This document shows positions 11,542-25,071 of a stretch of 64,000 bases of DNA, in pieces. A model generated the notes under the pieces. That model worked only from the letters and a program-made list of their open reading frames with translations. It did no database searches and was not told where the DNA came from. The stretch covers positions 792,582 through 856,581 of the forward strand of contig CAWBVY010000006.1 in the NCBI GenBank assembly GCA_963792415.1, in the 5' to 3' direction. Each line of letters opens with the position of its first letter. Position 1 is the first letter of the stretch. The translations under genes were made by a program, and so were the position numbers. This stretch comes from Candidatus Deferrimicrobiaceae bacterium (GTDB taxonomy: Bacteria > Desulfobacterota > Deferrimicrobia > Deferrimicrobiales > Deferrimicrobiaceae).

Positions 11542-12789
11542 TCAGGCGTTCATCGATTCGATGAACTCCTTGTTCGTCTTGGTCTTGGAGATCTTGTCCA
11601 GGAGGAACTCCATGCTCTCCGCCGGCGACAGGGGGGAGAGGAACTTCCGCAGAATCCAGACCCGCTGGAGAAGGTTCTTCTCGAGGAGAAGCTCCTCCTT
11701 CCGCGTGCCGGACTTGTTGATGTCGATGGCCGGGAAGATCCGCTTCTCTGCGATCTTCCGGTCCAGGACGAGCTCGTTGTTGCCGGTCCCCTTGAACTCC
11801 TCGAAGATCACCTCGTCCATCCGGCTGCCGGTCTCGATGAGAGCCGTCGCGATGATGGTCAGCGACCCCCCTTCCTCGATGTTCCGGGCCGCCCCGAAGA
11901 ACCGCTTCGGCTTCTGGAGGGCGTTGGCGTCTACGCCGCCGGAGAGGACCTTCCCCGACGGGGGGACGACGGCGTTGTAGGCCCGCGCCAGCCGCGTGAT
12001 GCTGTCGAGCAGGATGACCACGTCCTTCTTGTGCTCCACCAGGCGCTTCGCCTTCTCGAGGACCATCTCCGCCACCTGGACGTGGCGCTGCGCCGGCTCG
12101 TCGAACGTGGAGGAGATGACTTCGCCTACGACGCTGCGCTGCATGTCGGTCACCTCCTCGGGGCGCTCGTCGATGAGCAGCACGATCAGGACCGCCTCGG
12201 GGTGGTTCTTGGTGAGGCCGTTCGCGATGTTCTGGAGGATGACCGTTTTCCCCGCCCGCGGCGGGGAGGTGATCAGCGCGCGCTGCCCCTTGCCGATCGG
12301 CGCGATCAGGTCGATGATCCGGGTGGCGTAGTTGTCGTGCACGTATTCCATCGTGAACTTTTCCTGGGGGTAGAGGGGCGTCAAGTTGTCGAAGAGGATC
12401 TTGTCCTTGCTGATTTCGGGATCTTCGTAGTTGACCTTCTCGACTTTCAGGAGGGCGAAGTACCGCTCGTCCCCCTTGGGCGCCCGGATCTGTCCGCTGA
12501 CGGTGTCCCCCGTGCGCAGGCCGAAGCGGCGGATCTGGGAGGGGGAGACGTAGATGTCGTCGGGACCCGGGAGGTAGTTGGAGTCGGGGGCGCGGAGGAA
12601 CCCGTAGCCGTCGGGGAGGACCTCGAGGACCCCCTCTCCGGAGACGATCACCTCCTGATCGGTCTGGGACTGGAGGATGGCGAAGATGAGTTCCTGCTTT
12701 TTCAGGCCGGCGGCGCCGTCCACGTTCATCTTCCTGGCGATCTCGGTCAGATCGCCGATCCGCATTCCTTTCAACTCTTTCAGGTTCAT
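11542..12789 (-). CDS. rho: Transcription termination factor Rho
   Basis: [64 protein letters not shown]. Confidence 0.98.
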   Translation of the reverse strand: MNLKELKGMRIGDLTEIARKMNVDGAAGLKKQELIFAILQSQTDQEVIVSGEGVLEVLPDGYGFLRAPDSNYLPGPDDIYVSPSQIRRFGLRTGDTVSGQIRAPKGDERYFALLKVEKVNYEDPEISKDKILFDNLTPLYPQEKFTMEYVHDNYATRIIDLIAPIGKGQRALITSPPRAGKTVILQNIANGLTKNHPEAVLIVLLIDERPEEVTDMQRSVVGEVISSTFDEPAQRHVQVAEMVLEKAKRLVEHKKDVVILLDSITRLARAYNAVVPPSGKVLSGGVDANALQKPKRFFGAARNIEEGGSLTIIATALIETGSRMDEVIFEEFKGTGNNELVLDRKIAEKRIFPAIDINKSGTRKEELLLEKNLLQRVWILRKFLSPLSPAESMEFLLDKISKTKTNKEFIESMNA

Positions 12790-12955
12790 GAACGCTCCCC
12801 CGGGAACATGGGTATTCTCGCGCGGCAAATGGAAACCACCGTCTTCAACGTGGTGGATAAACGCTCGGAAGGCACTCCAAAGGGCAGTGGGTTATCGCCG
12901 AATGTACGCTGATCTGGTCCGGAAGGTACAAGAGTACCTCAGCAACGCCCTCCCG

Positions 12956-13684
12956 TCAATCCCTGATGTAGAGAAAACTCAACTGCCGGGCGGTCGTCGA
13001 TTTTTCTCGGCGGAAGGAGTGGAAACGAGGGGAGCAGATCGTGCAGGGCCCCGCCGCCCCCGTTTGTCCGGCGGGAATCCCGGCGCTCCGGAGCGCCTCG
13101 AGGGCGATCGCCTGCAGGTCGGCGGTCCACTTCCCCGACGCTTTCCCCTTCCTCAGGTGCTTCCCATCCCCCGGAAGGCCGCGGAGCGCCTCCGCCGTAT
13201 CCCCCCCGACCTCGTAGCAGCATCCCCGCGCGCAGGGACCCGCGACGGCGACGATCCCCTCCACGGCGGCGTCCCCGAATCGCCCCGCAAGGGCGCGGAC
13301 CGTTCCCTCGACGATCCCGGCGGCGAGCCCCCGCCACCCCGCGTGGACGGCCGCGGCGACGCGGATCTCCCGGTGGGCGAGAAGGATGGGGACGCAATCC
13401 GCCGTGTGGACCCCCACCCCGGTCCCGGGGCTCTCGGTCCAGAGGGCGTCTCCCTCCCGCTTCCACCCGCCGGGGACATCCCCGTCTCCCGGTTCGAAGA
13501 AAAGAACGGACGCCGAGTGAACCTGCTTCAGCGTCCCGACCGTTTCCGCGGCAATGGAGAAGACCTCCCGGAGCCGCTCGCGACGCCCCCGTCCCTCCAC
13601 CGGATCCACGCCGAGGAAGGCGTGGTAGACCCCCGGCACGGAACGCAGCAGGGGGGACTGCTCGAAGTGCGGAAGGGGGTTCAT
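12956..13684 (-). CDS. pgeF: YfiH/PgeF-family multicopper-oxidase-like / purine nucleoside phosphorylase
   Basis: KQVHSA, GDALWT, HTADCVPILL, AAVHAGWRG, CTIC..RFHSFRR; follows rluD. Confidence 0.92.
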   Translation of the reverse strand: MNPLPHFEQSPLLRSVPGVYHAFLGVDPVEGRGRRERLREVFSIAAETVGTLKQVHSASVLFFEPGDGDVPGGWKREGDALWTESPGTGVGVHTADCVPILLAHREIRVAAAVHAGWRGLAAGIVEGTVRALAGRFGDAAVEGIVAVAGPCARGCCYEVGGDTAEALRGLPGDGKHLRKGKASGKWTADLQAIALEALRSAGIPAGQTGAAGPCTICSPRFHSFRREKSTTARQLSFLYIRD

Positions 13685-14637
13685 GGCGTGACGGCGGAGC
13701 GAAAAGCGGCGAACTCCGGCGGGTCGGGGATGGTGAAGGAGAGAAGTTCCCCGGTAACCGGGTGCGGAAACGCCAGGTGGAACGCGTGCAGGAGAAAGCG
13801 GGAAACGGTCACCGTCCCCGCGGACGCCCCCTTCCCGAGGGGGATCCTCCGCGACCTTCCGTACACGTCGTCCCCGACGATCGGACAGCCGAGGTGCGCG
13901 CAGTGCACCCGCACCTGGTGGGTGCGTCCCGTCTCCAGCCGGAATTCGAGAAGGGAGAAGGGGCCGAACGTTTCGAGCCTCCGGTAGCGGGTGACCGCCT
14001 CCCGCCCCCCCGCCGGCAGCACCGCCATCTTTTTCCGGTGGACAGGATGCCTCCCGATCCGCGTCGACACGGTCCCGGTGTCCGCAGGCGGGCCCCCGAA
14101 GACGATCCCATGGTATTTCCGGTCCATCGCGTGGGCCGCAAAACGGGCGGACAGCGTCCCGTGGGCGGCGTCGGTCCTCGCGACGACGAGAACTCCGGAG
14201 GTATCCCGGTCGAGCCGGTGGACGATCCCCGGGCGGGAAACCCCCCCGATCCCGGACAAGGTGTCGGAGCGGCCGAGAAGCGCGTTCACGAGGGTTCCGC
14301 GGGAGTGCCCCGGCGCGGGATGAACCACCATGCCGGCAGGCTTGTCGACGACCAGCAGGTGGGCATCTTCATACAGCACGTGGAGGGGAAGATCCTCCGC
14401 CATCATGTCGAGCGGTACGGGCGGAGGGACGACGACGGTCATCGGTTCCCCGCCCTTCAGGCGGGTCGACGGACGCACGATTTCTCCCGCCAGCCGGACG
14501 TTCCCCTCCTCGATCAACCGCTGCCCGCGCGCCCGGGAAATCCCCGGGATCGCCTCGGAAAGGTACCGGTCGAGACGCTCCCCCGCCCGGTCGGCCGGAA
14601 CGATCAGCCGGTGCGTCCCGCCCGGTTCGTCCGGCAC
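13681..14637 (-). CDS. rluD: RluA-family 23S rRNA pseudouridine synthase with S4 domain
   Basis: ERLDRYL, VDKPAGMVVHPAPG, RPGIVHRLDRDTSG, LETGRTHQVRVH, GDDVYG; GTG start estimated. Confidence 0.93.
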   Translation of the reverse strand: MPDEPGGTHRLIVPADRAGERLDRYLSEAIPGISRARGQRLIEEGNVRLAGEIVRPSTRLKGGEPMTVVVPPPVPLDMMAEDLPLHVLYEDAHLLVVDKPAGMVVHPAPGHSRGTLVNALLGRSDTLSGIGGVSRPGIVHRLDRDTSGVLVVARTDAAHGTLSARFAAHAMDRKYHGIVFGGPPADTGTVSTRIGRHPVHRKKMAVLPAGGREAVTRYRRLETFGPFSLLEFRLETGRTHQVRVHCAHLGCPIVGDDVYGRSRRIPLGKGASAGTVTVSRFLLHAFHLAFPHPVTGELLSFTIPDPPEFAAFRSAVTP

Positions 14638-14638
14638 G

Positions 14639-14905
14639 CTACCAGATCTTCGAGGGGATGTGGCCGGCCGGCTTGAACAGCACATCCACCAGGGCCTGGT
14701 CGAAATAATTCGTGCTCTTCGCGATCTCGGGATCGACGCGGCTCAGGTAGTAGCCTCGTCCCTCCACGATCTCCTCCTTCAGGAGATCGAACAGGGTGTC
14801 GTTCCGGACCCCTTCCTCGACTTTCATCGCGTTGTACAGCGCAATGTCCGACACCACCGCCCGGGCAATCCGCCGGGCCACGTCCGTGTCCTTCACCACT
14901 CCCAT
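14639..14905 (-). CDS. Small conserved hypothetical protein (ARRIAR..VSDIALYN motif)
   Basis: Clean 88-aa ORF with strong RBS (GAGGAGG) between htrA and rluD; normal protein composition. Confidence 0.8.
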   Translation of the reverse strand: MGVVKDTDVARRIARAVVSDIALYNAMKVEEGVRNDTLFDLLKEEIVEGRGYYLSRVDPEIAKSTNYFDQALVDVLFKPAGHIPSKIW

Positions 14906-14939
14906 CGGCTCCTCCTCAGGAGACTATCGGATGGTCTCC

Positions 14940-16343
14940 TCACCTGCTTTTCAGCGCCACATATAGCTGAACACCCTCCCGGTAGACCAGGGCGAAGGAC
15001 GGCCGCCCCCGGGAGAGTCGCGACACGGCCTTCCGGTACTCATCGAGGCCGCGAACCGTTTCCCGGTTGATGGAGAGAAGGATGTCCCCTTCCCGGACAC
15101 CACCGTCCCACGCCGGGCTGGAGGTCTCGACGTACGTCACTTCGACGCCTCCGCGAAGCTCCATCTCCCGCAGCAGCTGCTTTGGCACGGGCCGCAAGGC
15201 CATCCCGAGGGGATCCACCGGCTCGCGGGGGGGCGGGCGTCTTGCCTCTGCCTGCTTCTCCGCCTCTTCGACCGTGACCGTCGCCGCCACACGCTTCCCC
15301 TCGCGGAGCACCTCGAGCGTCACCGGGGAACCGGGCGCCGTCCCAGCGACCAGCCGCTGGAACTCCTTCACCCCCGATACGCGGGTTTTTCCGAACGCGA
15401 CGAGGATGTCTCCCATCCGGACCCCTCCCCGCTCGGCGGGGCTGCCGGGGACGATGCGGTTCACCAGGATCCCCTTTTCCCCCTTCGCTCCGAAGGCGTC
15501 CGCGAGCTCCGGGAGGAGGACCTGGATTCCCAGGCCGAGCCACCCCCGCCGAACCGCCCCGTGTGCGACCAGGTCCTGCTCCACCGCCCGGACCGTGTTG
15601 ATCGGGATGGCGAATCCGAGCCCCTGGCCCGCGGTCACCATCGCGGTGTTGATCCCGACGACTTCCCCCCGGGCGTTGAGGAGGGGTCCCCCCGAGTTTC
15701 CCGGGTTGATCGACGCGTCGGTCTGGATGAATTCGTCTCCCCCTTCGAGGTCCGGCTCCGCGCTGCGCCCGGTCGCGCTCACCACGCCGAGGGTCACCGT
15801 GCTCTCGAGGCCGAACGGGTTCCCCACCGCGATTGCGAACTCCCCGACCTTCAGGCGGGAGGAGTCGCCCAGCGTCGCCACCGGGAGTTTCCCGGACGGC
15901 TGGATCCGCAGCACGGCCACGTCCGTCCGGACGTCCGCGCCGACCACCTTCGCCCGATGCTCGCTCCGATCCGAAAGACGGACCACGATCTCGTCCGCGT
16001 CGCGGATGACGTGCTCGTTGGTGACGATCAGCCCGTCCTCACCGATGATGACCCCCGACCCGAGGGAGTTCTCGCGAAATCCGCCGTTCTCCTCGAGCAG
16101 GTCCACGAGATACTCCGGCGGCCGGCCGTCCGGCGACCGCTCCGACACCGGCGTTCCGCGGGTGAAGCGGGTGACCGTGCGGATGTTGACCACCGCCGGG
16201 ACGGACCGCTCCACGGCGGCGACGAGCGCCTGCTGGACCGCCGCGACGCTGGACGGCGCCGGCGCGCTCCCCTGCCCCCCGCCGGTGCATGCAGTGAAGA
16301 CCGGGAGCAGGAGAAGGACGGAGAGAACCACCTTCCCCTTCAT
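14940..16343 (-). CDS. HtrA/DegP-family serine protease with two PDZ domains, probable lipoprotein
   Basis: VTNEHV (His), TDVAV (Asp), DASINPGNSGGPL (Ser); GWLGLGIQ PDZ start; signal peptide ending in FTAC lipobox. Confidence 0.93.
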   Translation of the reverse strand: MKGKVVLSVLLLLPVFTACTGGGQGSAPAPSSVAAVQQALVAAVERSVPAVVNIRTVTRFTRGTPVSERSPDGRPPEYLVDLLEENGGFRENSLGSGVIIGEDGLIVTNEHVIRDADEIVVRLSDRSEHRAKVVGADVRTDVAVLRIQPSGKLPVATLGDSSRLKVGEFAIAVGNPFGLESTVTLGVVSATGRSAEPDLEGGDEFIQTDASINPGNSGGPLLNARGEVVGINTAMVTAGQGLGFAIPINTVRAVEQDLVAHGAVRRGWLGLGIQVLLPELADAFGAKGEKGILVNRIVPGSPAERGGVRMGDILVAFGKTRVSGVKEFQRLVAGTAPGSPVTLEVLREGKRVAATVTVEEAEKQAEARRPPPREPVDPLGMALRPVPKQLLREMELRGGVEVTYVETSSPAWDGGVREGDILLSINRETVRGLDEYRKAVSRLSRGRPSFALVYREGVQLYVALKSR

Positions 16344-17287
16344 AGGGAGTCGTCCGATTCCGGGTTTGTCGGCAGCTGCGCGGATCGCGCATACCCGACA
16401 TCCTTCTCGATCTGGCGCACCAGTTCCTCCGCGCTCTTGAACTTCCGCTCGTCACGAATGCGGTCCCGGAAGCGCACCGTCATATCCTGCCCGTAGAGAT
16501 CCCCCTCGAAGTCGAGGAGGTGCGCCTCCACCCCGAGGGAGTTCTCCCCGAAGGTCGGGTTGAACCCGACGTTGGCCACCCCTCTCCGCACGATACCCCC
16601 TACGGCGGCGTCGATGACGTACACTCCCGGCAGCGGGAGGAGTTCCTGCACGAACTCGACGTTCGCCGTCGGAAACCCGAGCTTCCGTCCACGGGCGGCG
16701 CCGGGAATCACCTTGCCGGACACCGCATACGGGCGGCAGAGCAGTTCCTCGGCCTCCCGCACCCGTCCCGACAGCAGGAGTTCCCGGATACGGCTGGAGC
16801 TCACGATCGCGCCCCCGCGCATGAGCGGCGGGACGACATCCACCTCGAATCCCAGCTCCCGCCCGATCCGGCGGAGCATCCCGGGAGACCCCGTCCGGTT
16901 CCTTCCGAAGGTGAAGTCGTACCCCACCGTGACGAAACGGGCGCGCAGCCGCTCATGGACGACCGTCCGGGCGAACTCCTCCGGTCCCATCCCCCCGATC
17001 GCCCCGGTGAACGATTCGACGACCAGGAGATCGATCCCGAGCTTTTCCATCCTGGACGCCTTTTCCCCCAATGAGGTGATCTCGTAGAACCGCGCCCTGG
17101 GGGTGAAGAAACGGACCGGATGCGGCGTGAAGGTGAGCGCGACGGCCTGGAGACGCAGATCCCGGGCATGCGCCACGGTCCGCCGCAGGAGCTCCCGATG
17201 GCCAAGGTGCACCCCGTCGAAATTCCCGATCGTCATGGAACTCTCCCCGGACGGGGAGAAGTTCCCGGATCCCTCGATGACATCCAT
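16340..17287 (-). CDS. ribF: Bifunctional riboflavin kinase/FAD synthetase
   Basis: TIGNFDGVHLGHRELL, GYDFTFG, VSSSRIR, GRKLGFPTAN, GFNPTF, EAHLLDF..DLYG. Confidence 0.96.
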   Translation of the reverse strand: MDVIEGSGNFSPSGESSMTIGNFDGVHLGHRELLRRTVAHARDLRLQAVALTFTPHPVRFFTPRARFYEITSLGEKASRMEKLGIDLLVVESFTGAIGGMGPEEFARTVVHERLRARFVTVGYDFTFGRNRTGSPGMLRRIGRELGFEVDVVPPLMRGGAIVSSSRIRELLLSGRVREAEELLCRPYAVSGKVIPGAARGRKLGFPTANVEFVQELLPLPGVYVIDAAVGGIVRRGVANVGFNPTFGENSLGVEAHLLDFEGDLYGQDMTVRFRDRIRDERKFKSAEELVRQIEKDVGYARSAQLPTNPESDDSL

Positions 17288-17342
17288 TCGGCCCGACCGT
17301 CCCATCATCCCGGTTCCGGGCTCCTCCGGCGGGGGATGATAA

Positions 17343-17353
17343 AGTATGATACT
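17343..17353. promoter_or_regulatory. Overlapping divergent -10 elements (ribF / lptF)
   Basis: Inverted repeat AGTAT-G-ATACT gives TATGAT on the plus strand and TATCAT on the minus strand in the short ribF-lptF gap; no good -35 seen. Confidence 0.4.
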
Positions 17354-17358
17354 ACACG

Positions 17359-18492
17359 ATGAGAATCACACGGAAATATCTGCTCGGCGAAATGACCGGC
17401 CCGTTCCTGGTCGGTGTGGGAAGCTTCACCGTCATCGTCCTGCTCCAGCAATTCTCCCGGCTCGCGGACCTGGTGATCGCGAAGGGGGTGTCGACGCCCC
17501 TGGTCGGGCGCCTCCTCCTCTCCCTCATCCCCCCGTTTTTCGAGATCACCCTTCCCGCCTCCCTGCTCCTCGCGGCCCTGCTCGGCCTGGGGCGGCTCGC
17601 CGCGGACTCGGAGACGACGGCGCTCTCCGCCGCCGGGGTGGGGATGCGTGGAGTCGCCCCCCCCGTGCTGGTCGCCAGCGTCATCACTTGCGCCGCTGTG
17701 CTGCTCACCGGATGGCACGGGGTCCCCTGGGGGTACCTCGAGACGCAGCGCACCCTCGCCCGGATCGTCTCCGAGCGCGCCGGCGCCGGCGCCTCCGGGC
17801 ACGTCTTCCGCGAGATCACCCCCGATGTCCTGGTGTATCCCGACCGGGTCTCCCCGGACGGGCAGCAGATGTCCGGGGTCTTTCTCTCCTTCCGTCCGGC
17901 GGGAGACGATCCGCTTCTCGTGTTCGCACGCGAGGGGCGGTTCGTACCTTCCACCGGCGACGGGGTGGTCGCCCTGGAGTTGCTGGACGGAACCATCCAC
18001 GCCGAACCGACGGAAAAGCCGTTGTACCGCGTCGCCTCCTTCGGCCGGATGACGTTCCGGATCCCCCTCGAGGCCTCCTCCATTCAAGGAAGGAACGACC
18101 CGAAAGGGATGACCCTCCCCGAACTGTCACGGAAGATCGACGCGACCGGGGGCAGAGGGGCGAACGCCACCTATCGGTACCATTTTCACCGCCGGCTCTC
18201 CCTCGCCGTGAGCTGTCTTTCCTTCGGCCTGCTCGCGATTCCGCTCGGATTCTCCCTGCGATCCCGCGCGAAATCGTCCGCGGTCGGGATCACAGTCGCC
18301 ATGTTCCTGATCTACTACCTGTTCATCGCCGCGGCGGGAGCGGTGGAGAAACGCTCCGGTCCCGGCATGATCGCCCTCCTCTGGGCGCCAAACACCCTCG
18401 GGCTCACCCTCGCCGCGTGGATCCTCTGGCGGTCGGAGCACCATGTGACACTCTTCCCCCGCTTCTTCGGCGGGGATCGGCTCCGCAAATGA
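17359..18492 (+). CDS. lptF: LPS export ABC transporter permease LptF
   Basis: YLLGEM..PF, LGRLAADSE..AL.AAGV, FHRRLSLAVSC..FGLLAIPLG. Confidence 0.9.
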   Translation: MRITRKYLLGEMTGPFLVGVGSFTVIVLLQQFSRLADLVIAKGVSTPLVGRLLLSLIPPFFEITLPASLLLAALLGLGRLAADSETTALSAAGVGMRGVAPPVLVASVITCAAVLLTGWHGVPWGYLETQRTLARIVSERAGAGASGHVFREITPDVLVYPDRVSPDGQQMSGVFLSFRPAGDDPLLVFAREGRFVPSTGDGVVALELLDGTIHAEPTEKPLYRVASFGRMTFRIPLEASSIQGRNDPKGMTLPELSRKIDATGGRGANATYRYHFHRRLSLAVSCLSFGLLAIPLGFSLRSRAKSSAVGITVAMFLIYYLFIAAAGAVEKRSGPGMIALLWAPNTLGLTLAAWILWRSEHHVTLFPRFFGGDRLRK

Positions 18493-19565
18493 CCGTCATC
18501 TCGCGCTACCTGTTCCGGGAGTTCCTGCGCGCCGCGGCCGCCTGCATCCTCGGCTTCCTCCTCCTGTTCCTGCTGATCGACTTCGTCGACCATGCCGAGA
18601 AATTGCTGCGTCACAACGCGAACCTCGGGGAAATCGGGTGGTACTACCTCACCCGCGTGCCGGGCATCTTCGTGCTGATCTCCCCGGTCGGGACGATGCT
18701 TGCCGTGCTGGTCGCCGTCTCCCTGCGCGTGCGCTCGAACGAACTGACGGCGATCTTCTCCAGCGGGGTGAGCCTTCTCCGCGCCTGCGCGCCGATCCTG
18801 GTGGGATGCGCCCTGGTGTCGGCCCTGTCGCTGCTCTGCTCCGAGGTGCTGGCGCCGGCCGCGAACCGGCACGCCCGGGAGATCGAGCGCCTCCGCATGC
18901 GGCCGGGAAGGGTGGCGGCGCAGTTCTCGGGGAACCGATACTGGATGCGCGGCGAGCGGGGGATCCTCTCCGCCCAGGTGGTGGACGGTCCGTCCCGGTC
19001 GCTGCAGGGGTTCCAGTACATCGAGGTGGACCGGGATTTCCGCCCGCTGCGCAGGGTCGAGTCCCGGAGAGCCCGCCTTCTTCCCGATGGCGCGTGGGAG
19101 CTTGCGGAAGGAAGGGAGCGGATCTTCGGAGAAACGCCGTCGGTGGCTGCGTTTTCCCTCCGGACGTACCCGTTCCCGGAAACGATGGACGGGTTCCTCG
19201 AGGGGGAAACCCCCACCGAGGAGATGACCTACGCGCAGCTTTCCGGGTACGTCGGGGAATTGCGGCGGAAGGGGTACGAGGCGGGAGGACACGAAACCGA
19301 CCTCCACGCGAAGATCGCCTACCCCCTGTTGAACATCCTCATCAGCATGCTGGCGATCCCCTTCGCACTGCGCTCTCCCCGGTCGGGCGGCGTCTGGCGC
19401 AGCATCGGGCTCGGACTCCTCATCGGGTTCGCCTGCTGGGTCGTACTGTCCGTGTCCCTCTCTCTGGGCAGGAAGGGGATCCTCCCGGCCCTGCTGGCCG
19501 CGTGGCTCCCCGGGGTCCTCTTCGCAGGCTCCGGGGCCGCGCTGTTCCGCGGCATAAACCGGTAG
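18489..19565 (+). CDS. lptG: LPS export ABC transporter permease LptG
   Basis: MTVISRYLFREF, SNELTAIFSSGVS, EEMTYAQL, KIAYPL, LPALLAAWLP; ATGA overlap with lptF. Confidence 0.9.
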   Translation: MTVISRYLFREFLRAAAACILGFLLLFLLIDFVDHAEKLLRHNANLGEIGWYYLTRVPGIFVLISPVGTMLAVLVAVSLRVRSNELTAIFSSGVSLLRACAPILVGCALVSALSLLCSEVLAPAANRHAREIERLRMRPGRVAAQFSGNRYWMRGERGILSAQVVDGPSRSLQGFQYIEVDRDFRPLRRVESRRARLLPDGAWELAEGRERIFGETPSVAAFSLRTYPFPETMDGFLEGETPTEEMTYAQLSGYVGELRRKGYEAGGHETDLHAKIAYPLLNILISMLAIPFALRSPRSGGVWRSIGLGLLIGFACWVVLSVSLSLGRKGILPALLAAWLPGVLFAGSGAALFRGINR

Positions 19566-19568
19566 GTC

Positions 19569-22222
<2,654 letters not shown>

Positions 22223-22274
22223 GCCCATATCTCTCCCGTACCGCGAAAATGGATTCCAAACAGTGGATTGTATT

Positions 22275-24014
22275 CTAAAAACGCTCGTCGGGGAACAGGT
22301 CCTCGACCTTTTTGCGAAGGACCCGGCCGATCTCGGCCGCGGTCGAGTGCAGCAGCAGCGAGCCCGCAAACTCCTTGGCCTCGTATGCCACCGACTTTCG
22401 GAGGATCCGCTTCACCCGAGGAATCCCGGCGGCGCTCATGCTGAGCTCGTCCAGCCCGAGACCGAGGAGCGCATAGGAGTAGATCGGCTCACCGGCCATC
22501 TCGCCGCACATCGCCACCGGGATCCCGGCGTCGTGCCCCGCCTCCACGACTCGCCGGATCATCCGGAGGATCGCGGGGTGAAGCGGCTCGTAAAGATAGG
22601 ATACGTGCTCGTTGACCCGGTCGATCGCCAGGGAGTATTGGATCAGGTCGTTCGTCCCGATGCTGAAGAATGCGACCTCCCGCGCGAGCAGGTCGGCCAC
22701 GATCGCCGCGGCGGGGATCTCGATCATGATCCCGATGGGCATCTCCTTGTCGTAGGGGATCCGCCGGCGACGAAGCTCCCCCCGCACTTCCTCGACCACG
22801 GCCATCGCCTCCCGAAGCTCCCCGACCCCGGAGATCATCGGGAACATCATCCGAACCTTGCCGTACGTCGAGGCGCGGAGGATCGCGCGCAGCTGGGGCT
22901 TGAAAATCTCCTTTTCCTTCAGGCAGAACCGGATCGCACGCAGCCCCATCGCCGGGTTCATCTCCTCGGCGAGCTCGAGCTGGGACGCGAACTTGTCGCC
23001 GCCGAGGTCGAGGGTGCGGATCGTGACCGGGTGGCGCACGAACTTCTCCGCCACCTTCCGGTACGTCTCGAAGTGCTCCTCCTCGGAGGGGATATCCTTC
23101 CGGTTGAGAAAGAGGAACTCCGTGCGGTAGAGCCCCACCCCGTCGGCGCCGCTGCGGAGCGCGACGTCCGCCTCCTCGGGAAACTCGATGTTCGCATGGA
23201 GGAGCAGCGTCTTCCCGTCGCGCGTTACCGTCGGCAGCCGCGCGAACTTCGCCAGGTCGCGGGTCCGCTGCGCGTAGGCTTTCCGTTGCGCCTGGTACTC
23301 CCGGACCGTCTCCTCCGTCGGGTCGAAGACGACCACCCCTTCCTCGCCGTCGACGATCACCATCTCCGCAAACTTGTACTCCTCCGTCGCCCCCTCGACC
23401 CCGACGACCGCCGGGATCCCCAGGGAGCGCGCCGTGATCGCGGTGTGGGACGTCCGGCTTCCGACGTCGGTGGCGAAACCGAGCACGGGGCTCTTCAGGA
23501 TCTGGGCGGTGTCCGCGGGGGAGAGATCGTGGGCCACGATGACCACCGGGTCACGGATCGCGGCGACCGAGTCCACGGGGCGTCCGGCGAGGTTCTCGAG
23601 GACCCGGTGACCGATCTGGCGCAGGTCGTGCCCACGCTCCCGCAGGTACGGATCCTCGATCCGGTGGAACGTCTCCAGGAATTTCTGGAGCACCTTGTTG
23701 AACGCCCAGTCCGCGGCGAACTGGTTATCGAGAATCATCCGGACCGTCTGCTCGATGAGCATCGAGTCCTCGAGGAGGGCCAGGTGGACCGAGAGGATCT
23801 GGTGGTGCTCGGAGGAGGGATCCGCCACGTCGTCCCGGATGTGGAGGAGCTGCTCCCGGGAGCGGGCCACCGCCCGCTTGAAGGCGGCGACCTCCTCGTC
23901 CACCTGATCGCGGCCGACCGTCGAGCGGACCGACCGCGGGAGGACGCGGTTCAGGAAGAAGCCCTTCCCGATCGCGATCCCACCCGAAGCCGGGATCCCC
24001 TTGAGGACCCGCAT
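22275..24014 (-). CDS. ptsI: PEP-protein phosphotransferase (PTS enzyme I)
   Basis: [12 protein letters not shown] (phospho-His), [48 protein letters not shown]. Confidence 0.97.
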   Translation of the reverse strand: MRVLKGIPASGGIAIGKGFFLNRVLPRSVRSTVGRDQVDEEVAAFKRAVARSREQLLHIRDDVADPSSEHHQILSVHLALLEDSMLIEQTVRMILDNQFAADWAFNKVLQKFLETFHRIEDPYLRERGHDLRQIGHRVLENLAGRPVDSVAAIRDPVVIVAHDLSPADTAQILKSPVLGFATDVGSRTSHTAITARSLGIPAVVGVEGATEEYKFAEMVIVDGEEGVVVFDPTEETVREYQAQRKAYAQRTRDLAKFARLPTVTRDGKTLLLHANIEFPEEADVALRSGADGVGLYRTEFLFLNRKDIPSEEEHFETYRKVAEKFVRHPVTIRTLDLGGDKFASQLELAEEMNPAMGLRAIRFCLKEKEIFKPQLRAILRASTYGKVRMMFPMISGVGELREAMAVVEEVRGELRRRRIPYDKEMPIGIMIEIPAAAIVADLLAREVAFFSIGTNDLIQYSLAIDRVNEHVSYLYEPLHPAILRMIRRVVEAGHDAGIPVAMCGEMAGEPIYSYALLGLGLDELSMSAAGIPRVKRILRKSVAYEAKEFAGSLLLHSTAAEIGRVLRKKVEDLFPDERF

Positions 24015-24040
24015 CTTCCCGCGGCCTTCCGTCACTCCCC

Positions 24041-24316
24041 CTACTCCTCCCCGAACTTCCGTGCGATCAGCTCCCCGATCGCCGCCACGGCCTCTTCCGC
24101 ATCCGACCCGATCGCCCGGATCAGGATCCTGGTGTCCTTCGGCGCCGCCAGCATCAGCACGCCCATGATGCTCTTTCCGTTGACCTCCATCCCGTCCTTC
24201 ACGACGTGGATCTCCGAGGTGAACCCGTTCGCCATGCGCACGAGCTGCGCGGCGGCCCGGGCGTGCAGCCCGAGCCGGTTCAGGATGTCGAACTCGCGTT
24301 CCACGCTCACCGCCAC
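24041..24316 (-). CDS. ptsH: Phosphocarrier protein HPr
   Basis: NRLGLHARAA (His15), GKSIMGVLML (Ser46); start may be 24310. Confidence 0.95.
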   Translation of the reverse strand: MAVSVEREFDILNRLGLHARAAAQLVRMANGFTSEIHVVKDGMEVNGKSIMGVLMLAAPKDTRILIRAIGSDAEEAVAAIGELIARKFGEE

Positions 24317-25071
24317 AGGATCAGCACCCCCACGAGGAGAAGAAACAACAGGATCTCGGACGGCGAGACCGCCTTCCGGAACAGTACCGCGAACAGGTGG
24401 ACGGCGGCGGCGGCGAGAAGCAGCGACGCCATCGCGTGAGGCGCGCTCCCTCCCTGAACGAGGAAACGCCCGGCGAAGACCCCGGCGTACGCCCCGGCGA
24501 GGATCGCCGCCAGCAGCTTCCGGTCATCGGTCCGAACGTTGAGCGCCGCCCCCTTGAGCCAACCCACCACGGCCTCCGGTCCCTCCATGCCGGCGGCGAA
24601 ACCGCGCCGGCGGACCATCAGGTGGACTCCGTTGTAGAACAGCAGCAGGGCGGCGATCCCCAGGAGGGGATGGAGCAGCGCAAGGAGGGCCCCCGCCACC
24701 GAGGCCATCGGCCGCAGGGCGCCCCAGAAGAAGGAATCCCCGATCGCCCCAAGCGACCCCATCAGCCCCACCTTGAACGTACCGATAGCCCGCGGATCCG
24801 ACTCCCCCGCGGCCACCCGTTCCTCGAGCCGGACCGACGCCCCGAGGATCAACGCCCCCATCGCCGGCTGGGTGTTGAAAAACTCAAGGTGCCGCTTCAC
24901 CGCCTTCAGCGCCTCCTCCGGGCGGTTCGCGTAGACGTCGCGCAGCGCCGGGAGGATGGCGTAGGCGAATCCCACGTTCTGCATCCCCTCGTAGTTCCAG
25001 CACCCCTGCAGGAGGAACTGGCGCCGCCAGACGGCGTTCCGGGACCGCGTCGCAAGCGCCGGCGTCGTCAT
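24307..25071 (-). CDS. PTS mannose/fructose/sorbose family IID component
   Basis: QGCWNYEGMQNVGFAYAI.PAL, RHLEFFNTQP, KVGLMGSLGAIGDSFFW. Confidence 0.92.
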   Translation of the reverse strand: MTTPALATRSRNAVWRRQFLLQGCWNYEGMQNVGFAYAILPALRDVYANRPEEALKAVKRHLEFFNTQPAMGALILGASVRLEERVAAGESDPRAIGTFKVGLMGSLGAIGDSFFWGALRPMASVAGALLALLHPLLGIAALLLFYNGVHLMVRRRGFAAGMEGPEAVVGWLKGAALNVRTDDRKLLAAILAGAYAGVFAGRFLVQGGSAPHAMASLLLAAAAVHLFAVLFRKAVSPSEILLFLLLVGVLILWR

